Below are positions 21,864-31,886 of a stretch of DNA of 64,000 bases, one piece after another. The notes under the pieces are model-generated. The model was not told the origin of the DNA. It made no database searches and saw nothing but the letters and a program-made list of their open reading frames with translations. The stretch is from Promethearchaeota archaeon (GTDB lineage Archaea > Asgardarchaeota > Lokiarchaeia > Sigyniarchaeales > SOKP01): positions 1 through 64,000 of the forward strand of contig JAEOSU010000032.1 of the NCBI GenBank assembly GCA_016840165.1, given 5' to 3'. The position numbers were made by a program, and so were the translations under genes. Each line of letters opens with the position of its first letter. Within the stretch, counting starts at the first letter, position 1.

Positions 21864-23144
21864 ATGGAACAAAAAATAAGAAATCGATGGATAATTGTTA
21901 TCGCCGCCATATTAATACAACTAGCTTTGGGCACAATCTATTCTTGGGGGACATTGACAATTTTTGTAAGTCCTTATCTCAATCAAATCAGAGAAGTTAC
22001 GGTTTACGTATTTGGAGTAGGTCTTTTATCATTTGCAATCACGATGATTTTTGCGGGGCAATTACAGCAAAAATATGGACCAAAGAAAATTGCCATTCTA
22101 GGTGGAATATTAATTGCTATTGGAGTCATATCCTCAGCATTTATGACAAGTTTTATAGGATTACTTATAACATATGGGATCATTTTTGGTGCGGGAATTG
22201 GATTTGGTTATGTCTGCCCCATCGCAGCAGCAGGGAAATGGTTTCCCGATAAAAAAGGCCTGATTAATGGTTTAGCGGTGGCAGGATTTGGAGCGGGTTC
22301 TTTTATTTTTAATTATGTAATAAAAGCTATCGCAAATCCAACTAACTTAGATGTTGATGATCCAGGATTTTTAGCAGCAATTTCACCTAATATTCCTTGG
22401 GTTTTCATTATAATAGGAATTATTTATACAATTTTGGTTCTTGGTGGTGCGATACTTCTAAGTAACCCTCCTGAGGGCTGGACTCCACCAGGTTGGACAC
22501 CTCCTCCTCCTTCAGAGGAATCTGGTATTTCTGGTTTAGAACTCAAACGTACAGAAACAGTTAAATTACCCCAATTTTGGATGCTATGGCTAGCATTCAT
22601 TTTGAGTGCGATATCCGGTTTAATGGTCATTGGATCATATGCTGCATTTGCTAAAACACAAGATGTATCCGAAAATTTTATCTATATCATTGGTACAGCT
22701 GATTTTGTCACTATAGGAAGTTTAGCAGCTTTGTTTAATGGATTAGGAAGGATTGTGTGGGGAAAATTGGCAGATTCAATTACTTACAAAAGAGCGATGT
22801 TATTAATGTTTTCAACTCAAGCCATACTAATGTTCTTGTATTTCACAACTAATGTAAATGCAATCTATTTTGCGATCCTAACTTGTTCTATATATTTCTG
22901 TTTTGGTGGAAACTTTAGTTTATTTCCCACTGCGACAGCAGATTTATTTGGTTCAAAAAATTTAGGCCCTAATTATGGAATTGTGTTTACTGCTTATGGT
23001 GTTGCGGGTTTTATCGGAGCGGTGGGTGTTAATCTATTTGTAGCGATATTTGGAAGCTATTTATTATTATTTATTGTAATGGGAATTATGTCAATTGGCT
23101 CAGCAATCTTAATATATCTTACTAAACCACCAAAAAGACAATAA
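21864..23144 (+). CDS. MFS transporter, oxalate/formate antiporter (OFA) family
   Basis: 12 TM; KWFPDKKGLINGLAVAGFGAG, FNGLGRIVWG, FGSKNLGPNYG. Confidence 0.9.
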   Translation: MEQKIRNRWIIVIAAILIQLALGTIYSWGTLTIFVSPYLNQIREVTVYVFGVGLLSFAITMIFAGQLQQKYGPKKIAILGGILIAIGVISSAFMTSFIGLLITYGIIFGAGIGFGYVCPIAAAGKWFPDKKGLINGLAVAGFGAGSFIFNYVIKAIANPTNLDVDDPGFLAAISPNIPWVFIIIGIIYTILVLGGAILLSNPPEGWTPPGWTPPPPSEESGISGLELKRTETVKLPQFWMLWLAFILSAISGLMVIGSYAAFAKTQDVSENFIYIIGTADFVTIGSLAALFNGLGRIVWGKLADSITYKRAMLLMFSTQAILMFLYFTTNVNAIYFAILTCSIYFCFGGNFSLFPTATADLFGSKNLGPNYGIVFTAYGVAGFIGAVGVNLFVAIFGSYLLLFIVMGIMSIGSAILIYLTKPPKRQ

Positions 23145-23189
23145 TATCGTTGGAAAAAATTTTTCTTTTTTTTAATTTTTTATTTTCGG

Positions 23190-24257
23190 TTAAATTTTAG
23201 CTTCATTCTCTATAAAAGCTTTAAGTAGTTCTATGGTATTTGAAATATCATCTAATTTCAGTAATGATGTTGGAGAATGAATATATCTGCATGGAACAGA
23301 TACAACTGTACTCTTTACACCTTCTCGAGTCATTTGGATTTTACCTGCATCCGTCTTACCATACATGGGCTTTTTTATTTGATAAGGAATGTTTCCTATT
23401 TTTGCGTTTTCTATCAATCTCTTGTTTACATGTGGAGAACTAATTATTGATTTATCAGCGACACTGATGGCTGGCCCCTTCCCAATATAAACGGGTATTT
23501 TTGAGGGCTTAATATTCGGTACATCTGCGGCTGTTGTGTTCTCAACTGCGATCGCTAACGTCGGATTTAATTTAAAAGCTCCAGTTACCGTACCAATCCT
23601 GTCAAATTCCTCTTGGACTGCGAAATTAAAAAGTAGAGTTTCGTTTTGGCTATTAATATCTTTCAATTCCCTTAATAAATGAATTAAGACATTACATCCT
23701 GTTCGATCATCAAAAGCTTTGCCTCGAACCATGTTGTTAGGAAAATCTACGAAAGGTGATACCAAAGTACCTACTGATCCAACTGAGATATTTGAAGCCT
23801 CTACCTGTTCTTTCGAATTCAAACCGATATCAATATACATCTGGTCGATACTTACAGTTTTCTTACGTTCACTGGGAGAAGTTAAATGCGGAGGATTTGA
23901 ACCGATTATTCCATGAAAATTTTCCCCAGAATCTGTTGGAATAACTATCGTCTGACCAAGTAAAATACGCGTATCCCACCCCCCCACAGGGACAAATCGC
24001 AAAAAACCCTTCTGATCTATATGAGAGACCATGAAACCTATCTCATCCGTATGAGCATCAAATAACACTCTCTCACTTTCTTTAGTCCCTTGTATAATAA
24101 CCAGAATATTACCCAGTGGATCCTTCCAAGCTTTATCCGCTAACCCTTCCTTTTCAATTATAGATAAGATGAAATTGCCTACCTCATCCTCATATCCCGA
24201 CACGCCAATTAAATCGGATAATTCTTTTTGTAGGACTTTTATACTGTCAAGATTCAT
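23190..24257 (-). CDS. M42 family metallo-aminopeptidase (TET-like)
   Basis: DAHTDEIG, KAFDDRTG, QEE, TDAG, CRYIHSP. Confidence 0.9.
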   Translation of the reverse strand: MNLDSIKVLQKELSDLIGVSGYEDEVGNFILSIIEKEGLADKAWKDPLGNILVIIQGTKESERVLFDAHTDEIGFMVSHIDQKGFLRFVPVGGWDTRILLGQTIVIPTDSGENFHGIIGSNPPHLTSPSERKKTVSIDQMYIDIGLNSKEQVEASNISVGSVGTLVSPFVDFPNNMVRGKAFDDRTGCNVLIHLLRELKDINSQNETLLFNFAVQEEFDRIGTVTGAFKLNPTLAIAVENTTAADVPNIKPSKIPVYIGKGPAISVADKSIISSPHVNKRLIENAKIGNIPYQIKKPMYGKTDAGKIQMTREGVKSTVVSVPCRYIHSPTSLLKLDDISNTIELLKAFIENEAKI

Positions 24258-24378
24258 ATTTTCACCTAATAAAATTAGAATACAAAGCTTTGAGTTTTAA
24301 TATAATTGTAGAATATTTAAATTAGTTTAATAGCTTTGTTCTAATTAAAAACTTACCACCTCCGATTAAATTTTCAAA

Positions 24379-25182
24379 ATGTACTCGATAATTCATGCCC
24401 TAGTATCGGTTATCATTGGAACCTTATTGGTAATAATCTATTTCTTAAAGTATCGAGGGACTCCAATTAATGTTTGGAAACCGCAAATCGCGTGGGTTCG
24501 CGCGTTCATCTACTTTTCATTATGTAATCTTGTCTTTGCCGTCTCAGGTACATTAGATACATTGATAACTCAACCTATAGTTCGTGTTGACCAAATCACA
24601 AATCCTACTTGGATTTTATATCTAGTTGTTTGCTTTCTCTACATTTTTTTCGCTTATTGGATTCTTTGGTCCCGTATGACCCTCACTTTCGATCGTCAAT
24701 ATCACTTATTAGTAGAAATTCTTTTCGGTATTATTTGGGGCATCAGTACTGGTGGCTTGCTCCTTTCTTTTTACCATCTATGGTCTCTTACTGCTTTAGC
24801 ACCCTGGATGATTTATCTTCTAAGTTACCTGTCTTTGGCTATAATCCAGTACTTTACTCATGATTATTTCTGGGACGTCTATGTGAGTCCCGAACATGAC
24901 ACTCCACGATCAATCATCATCAAAACCAGTGTATGCCATATACCAAATGTTGCACTAAGCTTAGGATTTCTTATTCTGTGGGATAATTATGCGATTTTTA
25001 TCTTTTTTTTCATTTTTGCTTTAACTGCAACAACGATTTTTCAAAAATTTCCTGTTCCTTGGGCGAAAGGTAAGTTTCATGCACCAATGGTTAAACAAGG
25101 TATTTTTGGTCTTTATCGAGGGGCTGGTTATACTAAAAAAACCAAACCTTCTAAAATTTCAAATCCTAAAGATTTTAATTAA
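24379..25182 (+). CDS. Hypothetical multi-pass membrane protein
   Basis: 267 aa, about 7 hydrophobic segments, polar HDYFWDVYVSPEHD loop. Confidence 0.7.
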   Translation: MYSIIHALVSVIIGTLLVIIYFLKYRGTPINVWKPQIAWVRAFIYFSLCNLVFAVSGTLDTLITQPIVRVDQITNPTWILYLVVCFLYIFFAYWILWSRMTLTFDRQYHLLVEILFGIIWGISTGGLLLSFYHLWSLTALAPWMIYLLSYLSLAIIQYFTHDYFWDVYVSPEHDTPRSIIIKTSVCHIPNVALSLGFLILWDNYAIFIFFFIFALTATTIFQKFPVPWAKGKFHAPMVKQGIFGLYRGAGYTKKTKPSKISNPKDFN

Positions 25183-25242
25183 AATCATTGAAAAATAAAA
25201 ATATTGATTAAAAAATAGCTATTAATAAAATTTTAATAAGAA

Positions 25243-26934
25243 TTATTTACTTCGCTTTTTCAGCTCGTTAATTGCTTTTTCCGCTAATAATATCGCATCA
25301 GTATAGCGCGATTTATGTTTTTGAACTTCAGCCTCTAATTCTATGGTCCTATTTTGTAAATCCAAGATTAATTCACTGGACTCCTCGTTAGATTGAGGCA
25401 TTAATTCTGGATTTTCCATGCTTTCTTTTAGATAGTTATACTTTTCCTTCCAAACTTTCAATTCCGTTTGAAGATCTTCTATATCATCATCGAATGTAAT
25501 ACCCTCTGTAGATAATTCCTCTCCCTCTTTAACTTCAATTCCAACTAATCTCTCTTTAAGCATCTCTATTTCTTCTTCTAATTCCTTGATCTTAATTTTT
25601 AGTTCTGCTATCTGATCCAAATATTCTGCTGAAGTCTTTGGAGCAGTAATCTCTTCAAAAATCGTCTTCCCCGTTTCTAATTCATTTGCCGATTTATCTC
25701 CTAATATCCGTTGCTTTCTCTTCTGCAATTCATCAATTGTTTGTTGAGGTAGAAAATCAAGTGGATTAAATCCAATCCCTCCATGTTGAGTTTCTCGTTC
25801 CCGAATTTTAACAAATAAGGGGATACCTTTAACCGCTTCTCCACATATGATACACTCTCCTTTATCTAATCCTGAAATGTCTTTTTTATTATCCCGACTT
25901 AAATCCTCAGCACTCGATATAGTCACATCAATATCTCGTATATCGGTAAGGTTATGGACCACCCATGAACCTGCCTGCGCTCGAATGGTGGTATCAAGAA
26001 GTTGGGGTCTTTGCGTACCTATTACGATGTTTGCTCCGAATTTCCGCCCTTCCTGAGAGAATAACTTAACTGTTTCACAAGTTTCAGTCCTTTTCTTCCC
26101 AGCAAAGAGGTGAGCTTCATCTAAAAAGAGATAAAATGGAGTTATCCGTCTAGCGGTGCTGGCTTGGTAGAGTTTTTTAAGTAACTTTCCTGCAATCATC
26201 TCTTGAACGTTTAGCTCCATCCCACGCATGTTTACAATAGTACATAGATTTGGTGCAACCAAATCCTTCGCATCCAATGAAAATAGATATTCAATATCGA
26301 CATCTCCTCCTTTATTGATTTTTAGATCCGCAAATTCAATGATTTTATCTACAAATTCACTTTGATTATTTTCAGAATCATCTGGTTCTCCGGCAGCTAC
26401 CTTTAATGATCCATATTCTCCATGGCGATCCAAAATAACAACGGGAATACCCTTTCTCATAAATTCCTCGCATAAAACTCCCATTGTATAAGATTTCCCC
26501 GATCCACTTTTCCCAGTAATGAAAATCCGCCCAAAATTTTTCACAAGCAAGTGTACTGAAAATGGATACCCAATTAACTTTCCTAAAGAAACCGATTCTT
26601 CCGGAGCATTATGAATGCCTAAAAGCTTTTCGATTTGTTCTCCAGTTGCCTTATAAACTTCGGCTCCCACTTCAAAAGGTCTTTTTGGTCTTTCTCCCAG
26701 GACTACTAAATCGGCAATGATTCCTGATGAATCACTAAACATATCACTTATACTCAGCACGTAATGAGGCCTCGTTCCGTCATCTTTCTTTTCTCCATAG
26801 ATAGTTAGGTATGTGTTACGAACTACGCTCGGATCACTAATCTGCATCGTGACCTCGTAAGCAGTGGTCTTTCCCATCAATCTTCCGACGGGATTATCTT
26901 TTCCTTGCGACTCACTTTTTTCCTCATCTGACAT
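25243..26934 (-). CDS. HerA/FtsK-superfamily ATPase (DUF87) with C-terminal coiled coil
   Basis: Walker A GKSGSGKS, LDRHGEY, Walker B FLDEAH, EGRKFG, TQRP; acidic heptad-repeat C-terminus. Confidence 0.85.
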   Translation of the reverse strand: MSDEEKSESQGKDNPVGRLMGKTTAYEVTMQISDPSVVRNTYLTIYGEKKDDGTRPHYVLSISDMFSDSSGIIADLVVLGERPKRPFEVGAEVYKATGEQIEKLLGIHNAPEESVSLGKLIGYPFSVHLLVKNFGRIFITGKSGSGKSYTMGVLCEEFMRKGIPVVILDRHGEYGSLKVAAGEPDDSENNQSEFVDKIIEFADLKINKGGDVDIEYLFSLDAKDLVAPNLCTIVNMRGMELNVQEMIAGKLLKKLYQASTARRITPFYLFLDEAHLFAGKKRTETCETVKLFSQEGRKFGANIVIGTQRPQLLDTTIRAQAGSWVVHNLTDIRDIDVTISSAEDLSRDNKKDISGLDKGECIICGEAVKGIPLFVKIRERETQHGGIGFNPLDFLPQQTIDELQKRKQRILGDKSANELETGKTIFEEITAPKTSAEYLDQIAELKIKIKELEEEIEMLKERLVGIEVKEGEELSTEGITFDDDIEDLQTELKVWKEKYNYLKESMENPELMPQSNEESSELILDLQNRTIELEAEVQKHKSRYTDAILLAEKAINELKKRSK

Positions 26935-27119
26935 TAGTTTTCACAATTATGATTAATAGTTTTTTAGTATTATATGGAAATACACATATATTAATAATTC
27001 CAACTATGCTAACCAATTAAAAAAGCATATATAAATATTGCTACGACCAGTTTTAATTTCTTAAAGTACTATTTATAATCTTAAACTAAAGAAAGATCCC
27101 CGTTAAGAATTTATTCAAA

Positions 27120-28049
27120 TTAGATTTCTTGATATATAATACTTTTCTTAACCATTCTGATTGGCTTATATGACTCTTTAGCTCGTCTTAATCCTTCAAT
27201 ACCTAAATCTTGTTCCCGATTAACATATATAGCATCTTTAAAGCAATTTTTTAGGAACAAATTATTGATCGCTTGATATGCTCCCTCATATTCTGCATGT
27301 GCTTTTTCAATATGAATCACTAAAGTGTTATCATTCAACATTTCGCCAAAGGTATAGGCAGCACACTTATCATCTACACAAAGCAAACCTCCAGAGAAGC
27401 CAAGTGAAGAAAAATTATTCAAAGCTTCATAGATTGCTTCTTGTTCTGCTTCTAAACTCTCATCCTCAGTACAAGCTCGAATCACACACCACTCTAATTG
27501 AAGTTCTTTGCATTTCTCAACAAGATCTTCAGTTAATATTTTAAAATCATAATTATAATTACTTAAGAATTTTTGCAACCATCTTCTATTTTGGCGATAC
27601 TTGTTTCCTGCTAAATTAAGAATCTCTTCTTTATCATAAATATAGTCCCAATTATTCCTATCTTCAAGACAGGCTAATTTTAATTCGGTAAACTCTCCAG
27701 TGCCCTCTAATTTACTACAAATCTCCTCTGGAACTCTATGAACTTCTAAGTTACCAATTTGTTCAAAAAGTTCAAGAATTATCTTTTCGGGATAAGGACC
27801 AATCGGAGGAAAAAAATACATGTATTCTTTAGAGCCAGAATTGATTGGTTTTTTTCTAGTTTTTAAATAATCATAAGAAAATAAGAGTAAATGCTCCTTA
27901 TATTTAAAATATAAAAAATTATAATAATTTCTCCACATAAAAACATTCGTGAAGGTGAATTCGGAGTTTTGTGGAGAATATTTCCGAAAATAACCGTCAA
28001 ATAACTCTTTATCTTGAAGGGTGATTTTCTTCGCGTCGGTTAAGTCCAT
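27120..28049 (-). CDS. DUF2156 / phosphatidylglycerol lysyltransferase C-terminal-like domain protein
   Basis: SEFTFTN, WDYIY, LAGNKY, HIEKA, YVNREQDLGIEGLRRAKESYKP. Confidence 0.85.
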   Translation of the reverse strand: MDLTDAKKITLQDKELFDGYFRKYSPQNSEFTFTNVFMWRNYYNFLYFKYKEHLLLFSYDYLKTRKKPINSGSKEYMYFFPPIGPYPEKIILELFEQIGNLEVHRVPEEICSKLEGTGEFTELKLACLEDRNNWDYIYDKEEILNLAGNKYRQNRRWLQKFLSNYNYDFKILTEDLVEKCKELQLEWCVIRACTEDESLEAEQEAIYEALNNFSSLGFSGGLLCVDDKCAAYTFGEMLNDNTLVIHIEKAHAEYEGAYQAINNLFLKNCFKDAIYVNREQDLGIEGLRRAKESYKPIRMVKKSIIYQEI

Positions 28050-28375
28050 GCATTAATAAATATTGTACCAAACATAAAATAATTTCTTTTTTAAATTATT
28101 GAGTAAAGCACATAAAATTTTGATGATTTTTATTTATCAATAACAAATTTTTAAGATACAATAATTATCTCCCACAAATATTTCTAAATGATCATTTTTA
28201 AAGAATATCATGATTCGAAGATATTTTTTTAGAGCAGATCTAATTTTACTAGTAAAATACGCTTCCAAATACTAAAATTTATCAGTAATACTCTTTAAAC
28301 TATTGATAAACAACATTTATAAATTTACCATCTCTATTTAAACTCAAAATATAAAAAAAAGTTTATAGGATTCAA

Positions 28376-29071
28376 ATGAATAAGAAATTTCAAGTAATAA
28401 TTGCTATTTTTTTAATTATTTTATGCCTATCTTTAATTCCCGTTATTCATAATATTGTAGATGTTCTTGGACTGGGTCGGTACAATTTGAACCAAGACTT
28501 CAACCACTCTTTTACTCAAGGAACTGGTGGTGTTAATATTCATTTATATCTAGAACTTACTCAAGATGATAGATATATTGCAAAGGTTAATTTTAATACT
28601 ATTTCAACTGGTTCAATAGATCCAGTGGGAATTGTTCACCTTGAATATTCTATCTATAAAAATGAAGATGCAGAAATTTATCTAAATCAAACATTAGTTA
28701 CTCCAACAAATTCAATTGCTAAAATTCATTATAATCTGCAGTGTGCAAAATTTGATGTAATTACTTGTACCGGAGAAGTTAATATCAGATTTTTAGAGAA
28801 TTCTATTGAAAAAGAAGTATCAATTGATTATGTATTAAGTGTGGTTATCACCACCACATCAGTAGAAATTTCTAATAACTGGTTTGTAATATCAATGTGG
28901 CTATTAGTCCTTGATTTTGGAATAGTTGGATATTTGGTTGTAATTATAGCAAAAACAATTAGAAGAATTCAATTTGATAAATGGTACACCGAAGAGCATA
29001 AGAAAACTGATGAAGCGTTTTTCAAAAAAATACGGAAAAGACTTGAAGAAGAAGATAATATTCCTACATAA
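28376..29071 (+). CDS. Hypothetical membrane protein (N- and C-terminal TM helices)
   Basis: 231 aa ORF with two hydrophobic segments flanking a beta-rich loop. Confidence 0.65.
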   Translation: MNKKFQVIIAIFLIILCLSLIPVIHNIVDVLGLGRYNLNQDFNHSFTQGTGGVNIHLYLELTQDDRYIAKVNFNTISTGSIDPVGIVHLEYSIYKNEDAEIYLNQTLVTPTNSIAKIHYNLQCAKFDVITCTGEVNIRFLENSIEKEVSIDYVLSVVITTTSVEISNNWFVISMWLLVLDFGIVGYLVVIIAKTIRRIQFDKWYTEEHKKTDEAFFKKIRKRLEEEDNIPT

Positions 29072-29078
29072 AAAAATT

Positions 29079-29510
29079 TCACAATAAATATCTTTCTATA
29101 CCATCTTTTTCATTTTTTAGTTTAGTTAAAGTATCTTCTAAAATTTTAATAATTCGCTCTTTATACCCTTCTTGTTCTGGATATTCATAGCTAAAACTCT
29201 TCCAATAAGGACGTTTATGCCCCACCTTGAACTTTAATCCATTTAATTTGGTCATATAAGAATCACTATCCAATTTTGTTGCAATTTGATCAGCCATAAT
29301 ATACCAATGATATTTAGTCCCTACTTTTGCACCAGAATTTGAAGGAGCTGCATAATTTCTGGTTTTTATGCTATTGAATGTTATTTGCCATTCATCAGGG
29401 GCAATTTTTTTCTCATACCAATGACCATCATTATAATTCCAATGATGAGATTGCCCTACTCGCATTCCAGTATAGATCCTATCATGATACTTCTTTAATT
29501 CATTGTACAT
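29079..29510 (-). CDS. Conserved hypothetical protein (Trp/His-rich)
   Basis: 143 aa; YTGMRVG.SHHW.Y..G.W, GTKYHWYI, KVGHKR motifs look like a conserved family; function unknown. Confidence 0.7.
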   Translation of the reverse strand: MYNELKKYHDRIYTGMRVGQSHHWNYNDGHWYEKKIAPDEWQITFNSIKTRNYAAPSNSGAKVGTKYHWYIMADQIATKLDSDSYMTKLNGLKFKVGHKRPYWKSFSYEYPEQEGYKERIIKILEDTLTKLKNEKDGIERYLL

Positions 29511-29669
29511 AACTCACTAAAAATAATTCATAATGCTATAAATGAACAATCAGAGTCCAGATTTAGTGTTTAACTTTATAACCATAGTCATGTTAGAAAT
29601 AGATTTAATTAAATAATTATAATAGAAAGAGAGTAATAAAATAAAAAAAGAAATAGATTGATTTATAGT

Positions 29670-30677
29670 TTATAATTTCTTAACTATAAGTTGAGCTAAT
29701 CGATTGGAATAGCCGTCTTCATTGTCATACCAACTAACAACGCCTACGAGGTTCCCAATCACTTTTGTCCATAAACCACAGAAGATTGAACTCGCTGGGT
29801 TTCCTACAATATCACTACTGACAATTGGATCGTCAGTATACTCTAGGATTCCTTTAAGACTTCCCATTGAAGCTTCTTTCATTTTGGCATTAATTTCATC
29901 AGCAGAAGCAGCAGTTTCAAGATTACATTTCAAATCAACGACACTACCATCTGGAGTAGGTACGCGCATCGCGATACCATCTAATTTCCCGTTTAAATCA
30001 GGAAATACTAAACCAATAGCTTTTGCCGCTCCAGTTGAAGTTGGGATGATATTTGCCGCGGCGGCACGACCACGAATCATTTTAACAGGATCACCTGCTC
30101 GAGCAGTATCAACAGTTCTTTGGTCTCCAGTGTAGGAGTGAATTGTGGTCATTATACCACTGGCTATTTTATAGTTATCATGTAAAACCTTCACTACTGG
30201 ACCGAGACAGTTAGTTGTACAACTAGCATTGCTTATGATCTTATGTTCATCAGTCAGTTTATCATCGTTGCATCCTAATACAACGGTTATATCCGGATTT
30301 GTAGCAGGAGCACTAATAAGTACTCGCTTTGCTCCAGCTTCTAAGTGTTTCGCAGCACCTTCTCTATTAGTAAAAAACCCCGTACACTCTACAGCAATTT
30401 GGATATCATTAGATCCATGAGGTAAATTGGCTGGGTCTCTTTCCGCAGTAATAGGTATTTCTTTACCGTCGATTACTAAAGATTTTTCTTTCGCTTCAAC
30501 AGTTCCCTTAAACCTTCCGAAAACGGTATCATATTTTAAGGCATAAGCTAAATATTTCGGTTCAAATAGGTCGTTAATTGAAACAACATCAATGTCATTC
30601 CAGTATCTTTTATGAATCGCTCTAAAGAAATTTCGACCAATTCTTCCAAATCCATTAATTGCAATTCTTTTTGCCAT
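29670..30677 (-). CDS. gap: Type I (bacterial/eukaryotic class) glyceraldehyde-3-phosphate dehydrogenase
   Basis: INGFGRIGR, SNASCTTNCL active site, IIPTSTGAAKA, WYDNE. Confidence 0.97.
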   Translation of the reverse strand: MAKRIAINGFGRIGRNFFRAIHKRYWNDIDVVSINDLFEPKYLAYALKYDTVFGRFKGTVEAKEKSLVIDGKEIPITAERDPANLPHGSNDIQIAVECTGFFTNREGAAKHLEAGAKRVLISAPATNPDITVVLGCNDDKLTDEHKIISNASCTTNCLGPVVKVLHDNYKIASGIMTTIHSYTGDQRTVDTARAGDPVKMIRGRAAAANIIPTSTGAAKAIGLVFPDLNGKLDGIAMRVPTPDGSVVDLKCNLETAASADEINAKMKEASMGSLKGILEYTDDPIVSSDIVGNPASSIFCGLWTKVIGNLVGVVSWYDNEDGYSNRLAQLIVKKL

Positions 30678-30754
30678 TATTAATCACTATTTTTGTTTTA
30701 GAATTTCATTTAAGACAAATCAAGCTAAATAATATTTCATTAATTTATTAATTT

Positions 30755-30775
30755 TTTAGTTTCGATGAAACTAAA
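30755..30775. promoter_or_regulatory. Perfect 9-bp inverted repeat upstream of gap, candidate operator
   Basis: TTTAGTTTC-GAT-GAAACTAAA, about 80 nt upstream of the gap start. Confidence 0.35.
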
Positions 30776-30870
30776 TAAAATTTAATTTTTCTAATTATGA
30801 ACTCTTTATATTCAGAATGGAAAGTTTATATAAAAACTGGGGTATTAGTTGAAAACTTCGTTATTCAATG

Positions 30871-31218
30871 CTACTTCTTGGTAGGGAAAGAATTTACATA
30901 ACATTTTAATGGGAAATGGAATGCGACCGCTGCTAAACATCGATTACACGATTCACAATTAACTCTATCAATCTTTCCTTCTTTAAACTTTTCTAAAAGA
31001 ATAAGCTCCCTAACAAATGGCCGAGACATTAAAATCATTTGTCCATAGTTATTTCCTACAGTCTCTTCCATTTCTTTTAAAGATCTCATTCCACCAACTA
31101 TAATTAACGGAACATTATTGAGATATAGTTTAATAATCTTTGTAGCATCAATATTGTATGGTTTATCAAATCCAACCATTCCAATTTGCTTTTTAAATAT
31201 TAATTTAGTTATTGGTTT
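30871..31218 (-). pseudogene. 3' remnant of an NADH:flavin oxidoreductase (Old Yellow Enzyme family)
   Basis: PLIIVGGMRS, MSRPFVRE, CESCNRC are C-terminal OYE motifs; most of the TIM barrel is missing. Confidence 0.7.
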
Positions 31219-31362
31219 CAGGAAAAAGGGATTGAAACAATCCTCATCGGAGTTTCTCGATACGATAATAATTGGCATAGTGCTAATGAGTTTGTATATA
31301 TTGAGGATTTAATAAATACTACCAAGTTGTATGCTTTAACGGCATTGAATTATTTAAAATAA
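31207..31362 (+). pseudogene. 3' remnant of an M20/ArgE/DapE-family metallopeptidase
   Basis: Manual translation SYWFQEKGIETILIGVSRYDNNWHSANEFVYIEDLINTTKLYALTALNYLK-stop; HxxNE followed by a terminal helix is typical of M20; in-frame TAA at 31201 upstream; not in the ORF track. Confidence 0.65.
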
Positions 31363-31521
31363 TTTTCTTCTTATTTTCTATAGATTTTAATTTTCTTAAA
31401 AGAGATTAAACTCAAAATAGTAAGTTTTAGTGTTAATCTTTAAATATTCTATTTTAAATTCAATATCTGATTTGTAATCCAATTTATAAACGTTAAAACA
31501 TAATCGAGGTATGAAAAAAGT

Positions 31522-31854
31522 ATGGTCTTAATTATGATAACTTCATGGATTCCCCAAGGGAAAGAAACTATAGTTGGAAGGAAGTATACTGAAGTTATGA
31601 GAGAATATCCAGGTGAATCTTTCGAAAAAGCGGTTTTACCTTTAGGTGTTGTCCCTACTGAAAAAGGTACTAAAGTTATTTCTATAGTTTCAGTAAAAGA
31701 GGGAGAATATGAAAAAGCTATTAAGCGAATAACAAAAAGAATGTTATCCTTATCAAGTGTAGCGGATTTGAATTATCAAATAGAAACCTTACTTTCCGGA
31801 AAGGAAGCACTTGATTTAATAGGATTGGGAATTCCTAAAAAATTGCCCATGTAA
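31522..31854 (+). CDS. Small hypothetical protein
   Basis: 110 aa ORF preceded by GAGGT. Confidence 0.65.
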   Translation: MVLIMITSWIPQGKETIVGRKYTEVMREYPGESFEKAVLPLGVVPTEKGTKVISIVSVKEGEYEKAIKRITKRMLSLSSVADLNYQIETLLSGKEALDLIGLGIPKKLPM

Positions 31855-31886
31855 AAATTAGAAAAAAAAAATTCTTGTAATAAAGA

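Noticed and set aside
22465-22512. PPEGWTPPGWTPPPP repeat in the MFS transporter
   Set aside because: A Pro-rich central loop is usual in OFA-family transporters; it is not a DNA repeat element
29722-30135. Antisense and overlapping short ORFs (also 35162..35656, 21083..21463, 21887..22252, 38274..38531 and similar)
   Set aside because: They are shadows of well-supported genes on the opposite strand or in another frame, with no recognisable motifs
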